From Nitrosopumilus sp. (GTDB lineage Archaea > Thermoproteota > Nitrososphaeria > Nitrososphaerales > Nitrosopumilaceae): a stretch of 64,000 nt of DNA. The position numbers and the translations under genes are program-made. The stretch's first letter is position 1. Each line of letters opens with the position of its first letter. The notes under the pieces are model-generated. The model had not been told where the DNA came from. It was given only the letters and a program-made list of their open reading frames with translations, and searched no databases. Location: NCBI GenBank assembly GCA_965205425.1, contig CBDBGZ010000009.1:1120001-1184000 (forward strand), read 5' to 3'. Below are positions 62,153-64,000 of this stretch, one piece after another.

Positions 62153-63070
62153 CTAATAAACCTCAGTTAACCAATGAGCATAATCCTTATTTTTGTTCAT
62201 TACTATGTCTGTATACTCTTGCATCATCTTTTTTGTAATATCACCAGGCTTTCCATTGCCAATTTGTTTAGAATCCATTGTAATAATTGGTGTAATTTCA
62301 GCTGCAGTACCTGTAAGAAAAATCTCATCTGATATGATCAATTCACTTCTTGTAATATCTCTCTCAATTACATCAATATCCAAATCTTTTCCAATTTTGA
62401 TTATTGCATCACGAGTAATCCCTTCTAAAGCTGATGATGCAAGTGATGGTGTCACTAACTGACCATTTCTTACAATGAAGATATTCTCTCCTGGGGCCTC
62501 ACTCACATTTCCATTATGATCAAGTAAAATTGCTTCATCAACTCCATTACGTTTTGCTTCTTGGGTTGCTATGATGGAATTTAGATAATTTCCTCCCATT
62601 TTTGCTTGTGGAGGAGTAGACATGTCTGAGAATTTTCTCCAAGACACTACTCCTGCTGTAATTCCATTTTTGTTAAATAAATCACCAAATGGAAATGTAA
62701 AGATTGCAACACTTGTAGGTGCTTTCTCTGTTACATGGAGATTGATTCCATAATCCCCAACAAAATAAAATGGTCTGATGTAACAAGATTTTTTAATTTT
62801 ATTTTTTTTGCAGATGCCAATTATTGCATCAGTAATTTCTTGGTCTGAAAAATTAAGTGAAATATTATAAAATTGTCCTGATCTTCTAAATCGTTTTACA
62901 TGTTCATCTAATCTAAACACATTGAGATTCTTTCCATTCCAATAAGCCCTTATTCCCTCAAAGATTGATGTTCCATAATGAATTGCATGTGTTGTAATTG
63001 GTACTTGGGCTTTTTCTGTAGGAACATACTTTCCATCAAACCATACATATTTTGATAATGGAAGTTTCAT
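62153..63070 (-). CDS. ilvE: branched-chain amino acid aminotransferase paralog
   Basis: HYGTSIFEGIR, AKMGGNY, LEGITR. Confidence 0.9.
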   Translation of the reverse strand: MKLPLSKYVWFDGKYVPTEKAQVPITTHAIHYGTSIFEGIRAYWNGKNLNVFRLDEHVKRFRRSGQFYNISLNFSDQEITDAIIGICKKNKIKKSCYIRPFYFVGDYGINLHVTEKAPTSVAIFTFPFGDLFNKNGITAGVVSWRKFSDMSTPPQAKMGGNYLNSIIATQEAKRNGVDEAILLDHNGNVSEAPGENIFIVRNGQLVTPSLASSALEGITRDAIIKIGKDLDIDVIERDITRSELIISDEIFLTGTAAEITPIITMDSKQIGNGKPGDITKKMMQEYTDIVMNKNKDYAHWLTEVY

Positions 63071-63098
63071 AGGAAACTTTTAGCTGTTGTGTATTAAT

Positions 63099-63701
63099 CT
63101 ATTTTGAATACCCTTCTTTAGGAAATTTCATTCCTACAATTCTAGTGGTTTGATCATCTCCATTTGCGTATTTTTCAACTGTTTTCCATTCATCTTCAAT
63201 GATTTTGACTATGTTTTCTGGAACATCTTCTTCCCAGTTTGATTTCCCCCCAAGAACTGAATCATATAATTTTTCTTTAACTGATGTTGCAGAAAGTGAT
63301 TTTCTTTCACCAATCTTTGGTTTTAGTCTATACATTTTCAACATGTATCCTTCAGCTTTGTCTCCTGTGTATGAAAAATAATCTCCTTCAACTCCATCAA
63401 GAATTTGTTTTCTTAATTTCCATGATTTTCTTCTTACAAGTGGTGGAAGATATTTTTTGAAAGGTGCCAAAAATGCATAATCATCAGTAATTTTGATTGA
63501 ATCCCCAAAAATAGATTCAAGCATTTTCTTTCTAGTTTCAAAATTAAATGGGAAGCTTTTACTGTTTATTTCTCTATCTTCATCTCTGAATACTACTGGC
63601 ATCACTTTGACAATATCTGCCTGTTTTTTTAATTCAGTAATTATTTCTACGTGAGCATTTGTAACTGGATTTAGATGTGCAAGATAAAGTGCTGTAATCA
63701 A
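63099..63701 (-). CDS. cytidylyltransferase/NMNAT-like nucleotidyltransferase
   Basis: HLNPVTNAH; LSATSVK; WEEDVP. Confidence 0.75.
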   Translation of the reverse strand: MITALYLAHLNPVTNAHVEIITELKKQADIVKVMPVVFRDEDREINSKSFPFNFETRKKMLESIFGDSIKITDDYAFLAPFKKYLPPLVRRKSWKLRKQILDGVEGDYFSYTGDKAEGYMLKMYRLKPKIGERKSLSATSVKEKLYDSVLGGKSNWEEDVPENIVKIIEDEWKTVEKYANGDDQTTRIVGMKFPKEGYSK

Positions 63702-63752
63702 TTACATCAACTAAATAATTCTCATATTTCAATGATTGAATTTTAAAAAGTT

Positions 63753-64000
63753 CTATCCGTATGATTCGTATTTGACTTCAAAGCTTCCATCTTCACGTTT
63801 GTCATGTTCTGTAACAAAGCCTTTAGGATTCAAAAAGTCCATCACACCGTCGATTGTTCCTTGCCATCCACAAACATAGAACATTGTGTTTTCTTTAGTA
63901 ATTTTATCGTCAATTAATTCCTCTAATGGTGAAAGTCCACTTTCTCTTGGTCTTAGGAATGTTTCAACTCTACCAATTTGACCAGCCCATGATCTGTTAA
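63753..64000 (-). CDS. ferredoxin-NADP reductase family C-terminus (partial)
   Basis: manual translation GRVE..FYVCGWQG..KYESYG*. Confidence 0.8.
   Translation of the reverse strand, partial: NRSWAGQIGRVETFLRPRESGLSPLEELIDDKITKENTMFYVCGWQGTIDGVMDFLNPKGFVTEHDKREDGSFEVKYESYG

Overview
Chromosomal window from an ammonia-oxidising archaeon (Nitrosopumilaceae-like; AT-rich, archaeal core genes). It holds the amo cluster (amoA, amoX, amoC, amoB, plus likely amoZ and amoY) next to a Dam-family methyltransferase, six tRNAs (tRNA-Leu has two introns), and translation, replication, lipid and glycosylation genes. Two accessory zones are dense with IS elements and pseudogenes: about 24.5-33.1 kb (a decayed integrase island at tRNA-Val) and about 37.9-49.4 kb. 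The top finding is an intact archaeal IS1111/IS110 element whose 200-bp right end folds like a bridge RNA, with loop guides matching its own target flanks and circle junction. The second is a non-random placement of GATC sites: at five of six amo promoters, seven times in 97 bp upstream of GINS-MCM, and at the TATA position of several transposase promoters, which suggests Dam-based epigenetic control. Also present are a C/D box sRNA, a second structured ncRNA candidate, a nested MITE and several small ORFs missing from the ORF track. All alignments and folds were done by eye and none were computed.
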